Origin: an uncultured Clostridia bacterium
Lineage (GTDB): Bacteria; Bacillota; Clostridia; Christensenellales; Aristaeellaceae
Assembly: GCA_937907055.1 (NCBI GenBank)
Contig: CALCTW010000036.1
Span: forward strand, 2,510 to 34,509
Length of the DNA stretch: 32,000 nucleotides
Direction of reading: 5' to 3'
The translations under genes and the position numbers were made by a program. The notes beneath the pieces were generated by a model. It worked only from the letters and a program-made list of their open reading frames with translations, made no database searches and was not told the DNA's origin. This document shows positions 25,968-32,000 of this stretch, one piece after another. How positions within the stretch are numbered: the first letter of the stretch is position 1; every line of letters begins with the position of its first letter.

Positions 25968-26213
25968 TCATTGTATTTCCTGTTCCAGTTCATCGAATAC
26001 AGTGTCCGCGAAGAACTCTCCCAAAGTGATCCCCAGTCCGTCACAAAGTTTTTTGATCAGGTTGACAGAGACTTCTTTACGGGAAGGATCCAGCATACTG
26101 TATACGCTTGAAGGGGTAACACCGGCATAATTCGCAAGCGCGTTTGTCTTTATTCCCCGTTCCTTCATGATTTCTTGAAAACGTATCACAACTGCTTCCT
26201 TTACGGTCAACAA
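25968..26213 (-). CDS. XRE-family (Cro/C1-type) HTH transcriptional regulator, 81 aa
   Basis: IRFQEIMKERGIKTNALANYAGVTPSSVYSMLDPSRKEVSVNLIKKLCDGLGITLGEFF is a textbook HTH_3 pattern. TTG start 6 nt after GAGGTGA. Confidence 0.8.
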   Translation of the reverse strand: MLTVKEAVVIRFQEIMKERGIKTNALANYAGVTPSSVYSMLDPSRKEVSVNLIKKLCDGLGITLGEFFADTVFDELEQEIQ

Positions 26214-26255
26214 CTTTTCTCACCTCAATGAGATGATAGAAAATTTTTCGCAACA

Positions 26256-26322
26256 GCGTATACGCACTTGCGTTTATCAATAAAAAGAGTTATAATATGT
26301 CAAGAATTTACGCAGATGCGTA
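26256..26322. promoter_or_regulatory. two palindromic candidate operators sharing TACGC(A) half-sites
   Basis: GCGTATACGC (26256-26265, perfect 10-bp palindrome just upstream of the -35) and TACGCAgaTGCGTA (26309-26322, perfect 6+2+6 palindrome just downstream of the predicted TSS). Confidence 0.55.
26268..26296 (+). promoter_or_regulatory. sigma-70-like promoter of the secreted-protein operon
   Basis: TTGCGT (26268-26273), 17-nt spacer, TATAAT (26291-26296). A TTGACA on the opposite strand (26303-26298) abuts it, suggesting back-to-back promoters. Confidence 0.55.
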
Positions 26323-26421
26323 TAAATGTAAATTTGCTGTGGGAATCGATTTTGCAACTGTTTTGCCACCGGGATCAAGAGATCATGGATCAAATAAATA
26401 AATGAAAGGAAAGATAACATC

Positions 26422-27828
26422 ATGAAAAGGAATTTGGCCTTATGCATGGCGATCCTGCTATGCGTGATCCCTTGTTCATCCTTGGCAGGGTCACTGCCGG
26501 GGTTGAATACCCTGTACGGCGAATACATGCCGTCTCCGGCATTCGTTCTTGATCGCGCGGCTTCTTCCTCGCAGACTGTGGGGGAGGATAAGGTGGAGAC
26601 TTATAACCCCTTCACCGATGCCGATTATGACAAGTGGGGCGGTTACCTGAAGGCCTGGGGCTGCACCCTCGGCACGGAAAAGGTGGAGGGCAGCGTGATC
26701 ACCATCCCGGTGAAGAGCGGCGCAAGCACCATCGCCTTTGCCTATGACCGCGCGCAGCACACGGCTGCCGTGACCTATCCCAAAGGAACCCGCCCGGAAA
26801 CGGAGGGGAAGACCGCGACCGGCAATGAAGCTTCCATCCTGCCGGTGCTTCGTATCGCGTTCGGGGTGGAAATGCCGTCCTTCGCGGTCTCCTTCGGGAA
26901 GAAGGCAGCCTCCACAGAAGAAAAGAACGGTACGATCACCGAAAAGTATGCAAATGTGCAGGAAGAGGATTATACCGCCTTCGGCGCGTATGCTGCTGGG
27001 TTTGGCTGCACCCTGAAGGGACACACCTATGAGAACGGCATTGTCACCTGCACCCTGCAGAAGGGTGGAGCATCGTTTACCTTCGCCTATGACCGTATGA
27101 ATGCCGCGGCATCCTTGACCTATCCTGCCGATACCTATATCACGAAAAGTACAGCAAAGAAGACTGCCGCATCCGTCCTGCCCGGCACGGAAAGCCTGTA
27201 CGGCGTTTATCTGCCCACGGCGGTCGCGGCGCTCAAGCGCCAACCGGATGCCGAGCGGATGACCGCGGAAAATGCCACCGAGCAGGTGTTTGGTCATTTT
27301 GATGATGATGCCTATAACACCTACAGCACCTTCATCATGCAGGCCGGCTGCACGGTGACGGGCTACACGGTGGAAGGCGCGGTGATGGATATCAAACTGG
27401 AAAAGGAAGGACTGCAGTTCACCTTCATCTATGACCGTGAGAACAGCAAGGCTACCTTCATCTATCCCGTCGGTACAAGGCCGGAAAAGATCGCGCTGGC
27501 GACCGCCACGCCAAAGATAACGGCCACACCGGTGAAGACCGCGACACCCAAGCCGACAGCAACGCCTACACCCAGGCCGACAAACGTGCCTTTGCCAAAG
27601 CTTTATACACGGAACGAGTGTCTGCGGATCGCGCAGGATCATTTGAATTACAGCCATAGATACAGTTCACGGTATTATTATGGCATCAACTTCGAGCAAG
27701 AATGGAACGATTATAGCTGCTATTACTTTGGACTTGCCTATTATTCGTTGGATGGCCGTGGCAAGGTATCTGTCGGTATAACAGTTAACTGGTATAACGG
27801 TAATGTTGTGTCCTGTACATGGGATTAA
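26422..27828 (+). CDS. secreted protein: signal peptide + 3 copies of a ~105-aa repeat module + Pro/Thr linker + C-terminal Tyr-rich domain (468 aa)
   Basis: Repeats begin LPGLNTLYGEYMPS / LPVLRIAFGVEMPS / LPGTESLYGVYLPT. Each contains ..Y..(F/W)..Y....GC(T)(L/V)........F(T/A)F.YDR......(L/V/F)(T/I)YP. Linker is ATPKITATPVKTATPKPTATPTPRPT. Confidence 0.75.
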   Translation: MKRNLALCMAILLCVIPCSSLAGSLPGLNTLYGEYMPSPAFVLDRAASSSQTVGEDKVETYNPFTDADYDKWGGYLKAWGCTLGTEKVEGSVITIPVKSGASTIAFAYDRAQHTAAVTYPKGTRPETEGKTATGNEASILPVLRIAFGVEMPSFAVSFGKKAASTEEKNGTITEKYANVQEEDYTAFGAYAAGFGCTLKGHTYENGIVTCTLQKGGASFTFAYDRMNAAASLTYPADTYITKSTAKKTAASVLPGTESLYGVYLPTAVAALKRQPDAERMTAENATEQVFGHFDDDAYNTYSTFIMQAGCTVTGYTVEGAVMDIKLEKEGLQFTFIYDRENSKATFIYPVGTRPEKIALATATPKITATPVKTATPKPTATPTPRPTNVPLPKLYTRNECLRIAQDHLNYSHRYSSRYYYGINFEQEWNDYSCYYFGLAYYSLDGRGKVSVGITVNWYNGNVVSCTWD

Positions 27829-27843
27829 GAAAGGAAGTATACT

Positions 27844-28905
27844 ATGAAAAAACTCATGTTTCCCATCGTTTTGCTTTTGACGCTGATCATCGCATCAAAT
27901 GCCGTTGCAGGTGGTTTACTTCCTACTCTGGGCGATGTGTTTGGCGTGGATATGCCCAATATGGAAAAGGCACTGTTGAAGGCGGCTGACGGCACCGAAA
28001 CACTGCCGGATGGCAGCAAGCGGATGAACTTCAGCGGTATCACGGAAGATGATTACGCGGCTTTCAGCGCGTACCTGAGTGACTTTGGCTGCGAACTTGG
28101 GGATTACACCTTTGAAGGCACGCTGCTGACCGCGAACATGATGAAGGACGGCAAATACTTCATTTTCGCGTATGACGGCGCGGCAGGCACAGCCTGCCTC
28201 ACTTACCCTGTTGGCACCAATTGTGAGGAATTTGACCTTGCCATGTACGAGGCGGAGCAAGTTGCTGCTGCTGCTGCGCGCGAGGCCGCGCTTGCGCCAT
28301 ACAAGACACCCGGCAGCATCGTCACCTTCGGTGCGTATGAGCAGGATAACAACACCGGAAATGGCAAGGAAGCCATTGAGTGGCTGGTGTTGGATTATGA
28401 TGTTGCGAATAACCGTGCGTTGGTGATCAGCAAATACGCGCTGGATTGCAAGCTGTATAACACAACAGAGACTGATATCACGTGGGAAAAGTGTACGCTT
28501 CGCTCGTGGCTGAATAGTGAGTTTATCAACGCGGCGTTCAGCACGGAAGAACAGAAGATGATCCCCTCGGTGACGGTGAGCGCGGATAAGAACCCGAAAT
28601 ACAGCACGGATCCCGGAAATGCCACGCAGGACAAAGTATTCCTTTTGAGCATCACGGAAGCAAACAAGTTTTTCAAGAATGATGACACGCGTATGTGCGC
28701 GCCGACAGCCTATGCAGTAGCACAAAACGCCTACATGGCGGATAACGGAAACTGCTGGTGGTGGCTCCGCTCGCCCGGCTACAGTAGTGATAGCGCCGCC
28801 TATGTGGACCACGATGGCTATGTCCGTACCTTTGGCAACGGTGTGTACTTCAGTCATAACGCCGTTCGCCCCGCCTTGTATATAGACCTGAATCTGATCC
28901 CTTAA
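27844..28905 (+). CDS. secreted protein: signal peptide + 1 copy of the same repeat module + C-terminal WWLRSPG-motif domain (DUF6273-like as I recall)
   Basis: LLPTLGDVFGVDMPN...DDYAAFSAYLSDFGCELGDY...KYFIFAYDGAAGTACLTYPVGT matches the module of the upstream gene. C-terminus has GSIVTFGAYEQD...IEWLVLD...CWWWLRSPGY...AVRPALYIDL. Confidence 0.75.
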   Translation: MKKLMFPIVLLLTLIIASNAVAGGLLPTLGDVFGVDMPNMEKALLKAADGTETLPDGSKRMNFSGITEDDYAAFSAYLSDFGCELGDYTFEGTLLTANMMKDGKYFIFAYDGAAGTACLTYPVGTNCEEFDLAMYEAEQVAAAAAREAALAPYKTPGSIVTFGAYEQDNNTGNGKEAIEWLVLDYDVANNRALVISKYALDCKLYNTTETDITWEKCTLRSWLNSEFINAAFSTEEQKMIPSVTVSADKNPKYSTDPGNATQDKVFLLSITEANKFFKNDDTRMCAPTAYAVAQNAYMADNGNCWWWLRSPGYSSDSAAYVDHDGYVRTFGNGVYFSHNAVRPALYIDLNLIP

Positions 28906-28920
28906 ATCCTTTAAATCCAA

Positions 28921-29043
28921 GGCGCCCGCAGGCGCCGGAATCCTACGTATCCCGCGGCGCAGCCGCGAATCAGCGGCCGAAAGGCCGCAATCGGGGCCGA
29001 AAGGCCCCCGTGCTCCTTGTGCCGCCGCCACCGGCGGCGGCAC
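28921..29043. repeat. cluster of five consecutive perfect GC-rich hairpins
   Basis: GGCGCC-cgca-GGCGCC (28921-36); CGCGGC-gca-GCCGCG (28953-67); GCGGCC-gaaa-GGCCGC (28973-88); GGGGCC-gaaa-GGCCCC (28993-29008); GTGCCGCCGCC-acc-GGCGGCGGCAC (29019-43). Confidence 0.85.
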
Positions 29044-29231
29044 GGGGAAGGAGAAACCTGTCGATGGGATGACGATCACCGGAGCTTTTGTCAGGGGTCG
29101 TACCTTCCTTGAGGAACAAGTGAACTGAGATGGAAATACACAAAACGGCCGCGCAGGAAAGGAAGGTGTCGATAAAACCGTAATACATCAAAATTACGAT
29201 TTTGAGGCATCTGCCATAGCCGGGACAGCCG

Positions 29232-29283
29232 AAAAAAGCAGGTATATCAAGGGTTTACGCCCTTCGGTATGCCTGCTGTTTTC
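29232..29283. terminator. strong bidirectional intrinsic terminator
   Basis: ~17-bp interrupted stem AGCAGGTATATCAAGGG / CCCTTCGGTATGCCTGCT with loop tttacg. AAAAAA upstream and GTTTTC downstream. Confidence 0.7.
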
Positions 29284-29521
29284 ATATCCTGACGGATTTT
29301 GTACCTGCTTTTCGCTTGTTATGACTGATCCATAAGTTTATCGCCGATCACATTTTCAGCGCGGTAATCGGCACCACAAATATGCCATCCGGCCGGCGGT
29401 AAACTGCGTTGGACATACCGCAGATCACACAGAGGACTGCGGGCGGTTTCCCTTTTGGAGATACTCGGATTCTTTCATATCCTTGTTCCTTCGGACGATT
29501 GGCTTTTGAACAATTATCTCC

Positions 29522-29606
29522 CGTTCGGTCGGATTTTGCAACACCATTCGGTCGGATTTTATAATAACATTCGGTCGGATTTTACAATGCCATTCGGTCA
29601 GATTTA
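29522..29606 (+). repeat. four direct repeats with exact 23-bp period (iteron-like), core C(A/G)TTCGGTC(G/A)GATTT(T/A)
   Basis: 16-nt cores start at 29522, 29545, 29568 and 29591. Copies 2 and 3 are identical, copy 1 differs at 1 nt and copy 4 at 2 nt. The 7-nt spacers are variable and AT-rich. Confidence 0.9.
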
Positions 29607-29609
29607 TGA

Positions 29610-29627
29610 AAATTAACCGGTCAATTT
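29610..29627. promoter_or_regulatory. 18-bp imperfect palindrome AAATTAACCGGTCAATTT adjoining the repeat array
   Basis: 16 of 18 positions are self-complementary around a central ACCGGT. Function unknown (operator-like). Confidence 0.4.
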
Positions 29628-29907
29628 CTGCGAAATCGTACGGCCAAAAACATAAGCGTTGGCACGACGCGCAGTCGCAGGAGAATTTTGCGATCAATAT
29701 GGGGGTTGGAGCATAGCACCGACAAGCAGAACCGGCGCTTTCCGGGCAACGGAAATACTCCTGTTTTTGCGTTTGTGTACACGAAGGTATTGCTTGCCGG
29801 GGAAGTATGACTCATTTGCTCATTTGGCGGCAGAGAATGTGTAAGCGTAAACAGCACATTCACATCAAGTACGATGGAGCGGGGTTCATCCCTCTCGGTA
29901 TGCTTAT

Positions 29908-29941
29908 GAAAAAGAAAACGGTGTGACCGAAGTCACACCGT
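29908..29941 (-). terminator. terminator of the eda/uxaC transcription unit
   Basis: 10-bp stem ACGGTGTGAC-cgaa-GTCACACCGT (29918-29941), followed on the minus strand by TTTCTTTTTC. Lies ~100 nt downstream of the eda stop. Confidence 0.7.
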
Positions 29942-30042
29942 CAATCCTCGGAAGTGCTGAAATATCGGCATTTCCATTCATTTTTACTTATTACGGTTTT
30001 ACGAGCACCCACCTATTGGCGTAGCCGTTGGTGATGCGTATA

Positions 30043-31002
30043 TTACTTCTGCAGCAGATGGAAAGCGAAGCCCGCGATTTCTTCATTCATGTAGATGAAC
30101 TTCTTGCGACCGTCGGGGGTGAAGGTGGCGGTGCTTTCATCGAAGGTGAAGCCGCGCTGTTCCAGATGCCACTGGGCGCGTTCCACATTCAGGGTGCCCA
30201 GCGCGATGTGGCCGTGCGCTCCGCGGACCTGCAGCTTGTGCATTTCCACGGGGCCGATGAACATGCCCTTTTCGCTCTCGCGTTCGATGGGCAGGCCCAG
30301 CAGACGGCTCATCTTTTCCGCTTCAGCCTTGGCGGCTTCGGCGTTGTCATTGTTCATGCCGATGTGGATGATGGAGAAGCCCAGCATCTTCTGCACGGCG
30401 TCACGGGCGATGGTTTCGATCTTGTCCCAGGCGCCCTGATTGATCAGATCCTCCGGCACCATCCAACTGCCGCCGCAGGCCGCGATCTTCGGGAAGGCCA
30501 GGTATTCGCACAGGTTCTTCTCGCTGATGCCGCCGGTGGGGACGAACATCATATCGCCGTAGGGAGCGCTCATGGCCTTGATGAGCTTCAGGCCGCCCAG
30601 CGCCTCGGCAGGGAAGAACTTGACCGTCTTCAGACCCAGCGCGATGGCCGCTTCCACATCAGAGGGATTGGCGCAGCCGGGCAGGACGGGATAGCCCTTT
30701 TCGATGCAGTGCTTGACCACAACGGGGTTGAGGCCGGGGGAAACGATGTAACCGGCACCGGCGGCCCAGGCGCGGTCGGCCTGTTCGCAGGTGAGGACAG
30801 TGCCGGCACCCAGCAGCACCTCGGGCAGGGCTTCGTGTACCAGACGGATGGCTTCTTCAGCGGCATCGGTGCGGAAGGTGATCTCGGCAACAGGCAGGCC
30901 GCCCTTGCTGAGCGCGGTGCACAGCGGCACGGCATCCGCCGCGTTCTTGACCTTGATGACCGGGACGAGGCCGGCCAGAGAGAGCTTCTTGAGCATATCC
31001 AT
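30043..31002 (-). CDS. eda: KDPG/KHG aldolase (Eda) fused to a ~105-aa C-terminal VOC/glyoxalase-like domain (319 aa)
   Basis: The first ~210 aa (VPVIKV...GGLPVAEITFRT...LLGAGTVL...VSPG...PG..NPSDV...K.FPA...GG......P...F.PTGGI) are Eda-type. The tail (GFSIIHIGMNNDNAEAA...HIALGTLNVERAQWHLEQRGFTF...GFAFHLLQK) looks like a VOC beta-alpha-beta(3) module. Confidence 0.8.
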   Translation of the reverse strand: MDMLKKLSLAGLVPVIKVKNAADAVPLCTALSKGGLPVAEITFRTDAAEEAIRLVHEALPEVLLGAGTVLTCEQADRAWAAGAGYIVSPGLNPVVVKHCIEKGYPVLPGCANPSDVEAAIALGLKTVKFFPAEALGGLKLIKAMSAPYGDMMFVPTGGISEKNLCEYLAFPKIAACGGSWMVPEDLINQGAWDKIETIARDAVQKMLGFSIIHIGMNNDNAEAAKAEAEKMSRLLGLPIERESEKGMFIGPVEMHKLQVRGAHGHIALGTLNVERAQWHLEQRGFTFDESTATFTPDGRKKFIYMNEEIAGFAFHLLQK

Positions 31003-31039
31003 AAGAGAGTTCCTCCTTATATGAAATGAACTTTATGAA

Positions 31040-32000
31040 TTACAGTTTGAAGTAGTCGCGGGCGTTGTTGAAGCTGATGTCGCGCACGACCTGCTTGAGG
31101 TATTCGATGTCATTGGGATATTCGCCGTTCTCCACCAGATTGCCGATGTAGGCGCACAGGATGCGGCGGAAATATTCGTGACGGGGGTAGCTGATGAAGC
31201 TGCGGCTGTCGGTGAGCATACCCACGAAGGTGGACAGCACACCCAGATCGGACAGGGACTTGAGCTGCTCGGTCATGCCGTTCTTGTTATCCAGGAACCA
31301 CCAGGCGCTGCCCATCTGGATCTTGCCCTTCACGCCGCTCTGCTGGAAGTTGCCGGTCATGGTGCCGATGGCGCTGTTGGCGGCGGCATTGAGGGAGTAG
31401 AGGATGGTGCGGGGCAGGGCGTTATCGGCAGCCTGCGCGTCCATCAGACGGGAAAGCTTGTAGGCGATGGGCTCATCGATGATGGAGTCAAAGCCGACAT
31501 CGGGGCCGTACTGACGGAACATGGCGGTGTTGTTGTTGCGCATGGCGGCAATGTGATACTGCTGAGACCAGTCGCGCGCGGCGTACATCTTGCCCAGACC
31601 CACGAGCAACAGGGTCTTGTAGCTTTCAACGCAGGCGGCATCGGCGGCTTCGCCGTTCATCGCGGCCTTGAAGGCACGATCGGCCTTGCCCCAATCCATC
31701 TCGCCGTAGGGGACGGTATCCAGCGCGTGGTCGGATACGCGGGCGCCGCAGGCATGGAAGTAATCCATACGCTTTTCAAGGGCGCAAAGCACATCCTGTG
31801 CGTTGTTGATGGCAACGCCGCTCACGGCAGCCAGCTTTTCGATGTAGGCCTTGTAGCCCTCGCGGTCGATATTGATGGCCTTGTCGGGGCGGAAGGTGGG
31901 CAGCACACGCGCCTTCAGGGTGCCCTGCGCGGCGATCTGCTTGTGATAGGCCAGATCATCCACGGGATCATCGGTGGTGCAGATGGTATCGACATTGAAA
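31040..32000 (-). CDS. uxaC: glucuronate (uronate) isomerase UxaC, C-terminal ~320 codons (5' end beyond the window)
   Basis: ...RVLPTFRPDKA...QYHIAAMRNNN...GFDSI...QMGSAWWFLD...LTDSRSFISYPRHEYFRRILC... are UxaC hallmarks. The frame stays open to position 32000 upstream of the track's internal Met at 31963. Confidence 0.9.
   Translation of the reverse strand, partial: FNVDTICTTDDPVDDLAYHKQIAAQGTLKARVLPTFRPDKAINIDREGYKAYIEKLAAVSGVAINNAQDVLCALEKRMDYFHACGARVSDHALDTVPYGEMDWGKADRAFKAAMNGEAADAACVESYKTLLLVGLGKMYAARDWSQQYHIAAMRNNNTAMFRQYGPDVGFDSIIDEPIAYKLSRLMDAQAADNALPRTILYSLNAAANSAIGTMTGNFQQSGVKGKIQMGSAWWFLDNKNGMTEQLKSLSDLGVLSTFVGMLTDSRSFISYPRHEYFRRILCAYIGNLVENGEYPNDIEYLKQVVRDISFNNARDYFKL

Noticed and set aside
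28700-29050. Diversity-generating retroelement idea: a variable C-terminal lectin-like domain (WWLRSPG protein) followed by a GC-rich stretch and hairpins resembling an IMH/cruciform.
   Set aside because: There is no reverse transcriptase or Avd gene, and I can find no template-repeat copy of the 3' end of the gene anywhere in the 32 kb.
28970-29191. 73-aa minus-strand ORF with a hydrophobic N-terminus (MMYYGFIDTFLSCAAVLCISISVHLFL) that looked like a type I toxin.
   Set aside because: It has a TTG/ATG start without any SD sequence. Its C-terminal half (PRAAAGGGGTRSTGAFRPRLRPFGR) is just the translation of the GC-hairpin cluster, and no obvious promoter is present. Kept only as a remote possibility.
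29522-29606. Could the 23-bp-period repeats be a mini CRISPR array?
   Set aside because: A 16-nt conserved core with only 7-nt spacers is far outside CRISPR repeat/spacer dimensions, and there are no cas genes in the window.
29425-29697. 90-aa minus-strand ORF covering the 23-bp repeat array. Also the 29621-29863(-) and 29659-29844(+) ORFs.
   Set aside because: The translation simply reiterates the DNA repeat (KIRPN.../KSDRM.../QNPTE...). There is no RBS and no coding-like composition. The 23-bp period is not a multiple of 3, so the repeat is not maintained at the protein level.
29243-29905. Imperfect direct repeat (ATCAAG..GGGTTyAy.CC.T.TCGGTATGCyT) at 29245-29275 and 29863-29905, which could mark attL/attR or target duplication around a ~630-bp insert.
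   Set aside because: Only a 9-nt exact core (TCGGTATGC) with ~75% flanking identity and a 12-nt gap. A couple of 9-mer matches are expected by chance in a region this size. No terminal inverted repeats or integrase are present.

Overview
32-kb chromosomal window from a fairly GC-rich organism. It shows Gram-positive-style signals: AGGAGG-type RBSs and many hairpin+T-run terminators. Gene content (YlbF-MltG-U32 synteny, CBS-CBS-ACT AcuB-like protein, LivJHMGF, Eda-UxaC, WWLRSPG-motif secreted proteins) suggests an anaerobic Clostridia-like gut bacterium, but the taxon is inference only.

I call 30 CDS plus 1 pseudogene. I recognise no rRNA, tRNA, CRISPR array or IS/transposase with terminal repeats.

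Most genes are housekeeping or metabolic: M18 aminopeptidase, family III CoA-transferase, CYTH, Tex, tandem-domain CobT, AspA, the Liv ABC transporter, MltG, U32, Eda, UxaC.

Three accessory-looking patches interrupt them:
- An AT-rich islet at 1.17-1.71 kb.
- 5.4-10.2 kb, holding two tandem copies of a divergent membrane Hanks-kinase / XRE-like HTH gene pair plus a solitary PD-(D/E)XK (Rpn-like) nuclease. This is my best candidate for an undescribed system.
- 25.9-30.0 kb, holding an XRE regulator with palindromic operators, two secreted proteins built from a shared ~105-aa repeat module, and a 1.14-kb ORF-free region. That region has five consecutive GC-rich hairpins, a strong bidirectional terminator, and four 23-bp-periodic iteron-like direct repeats next to an 18-bp palindrome.

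Other points of note:
- A sharp codon-usage break inside livF (~17.1-17.3 kb), which is either an assembly chimera or a recombination joint.
- A single in-frame TAG splitting an endonuclease-IV-like gene.
- A promoter + ~200-nt structured leader + terminator upstream of the CYTH gene.

All calls come from reading the sequence and the ORF track. No database search was run, so family names rest on remembered motifs.
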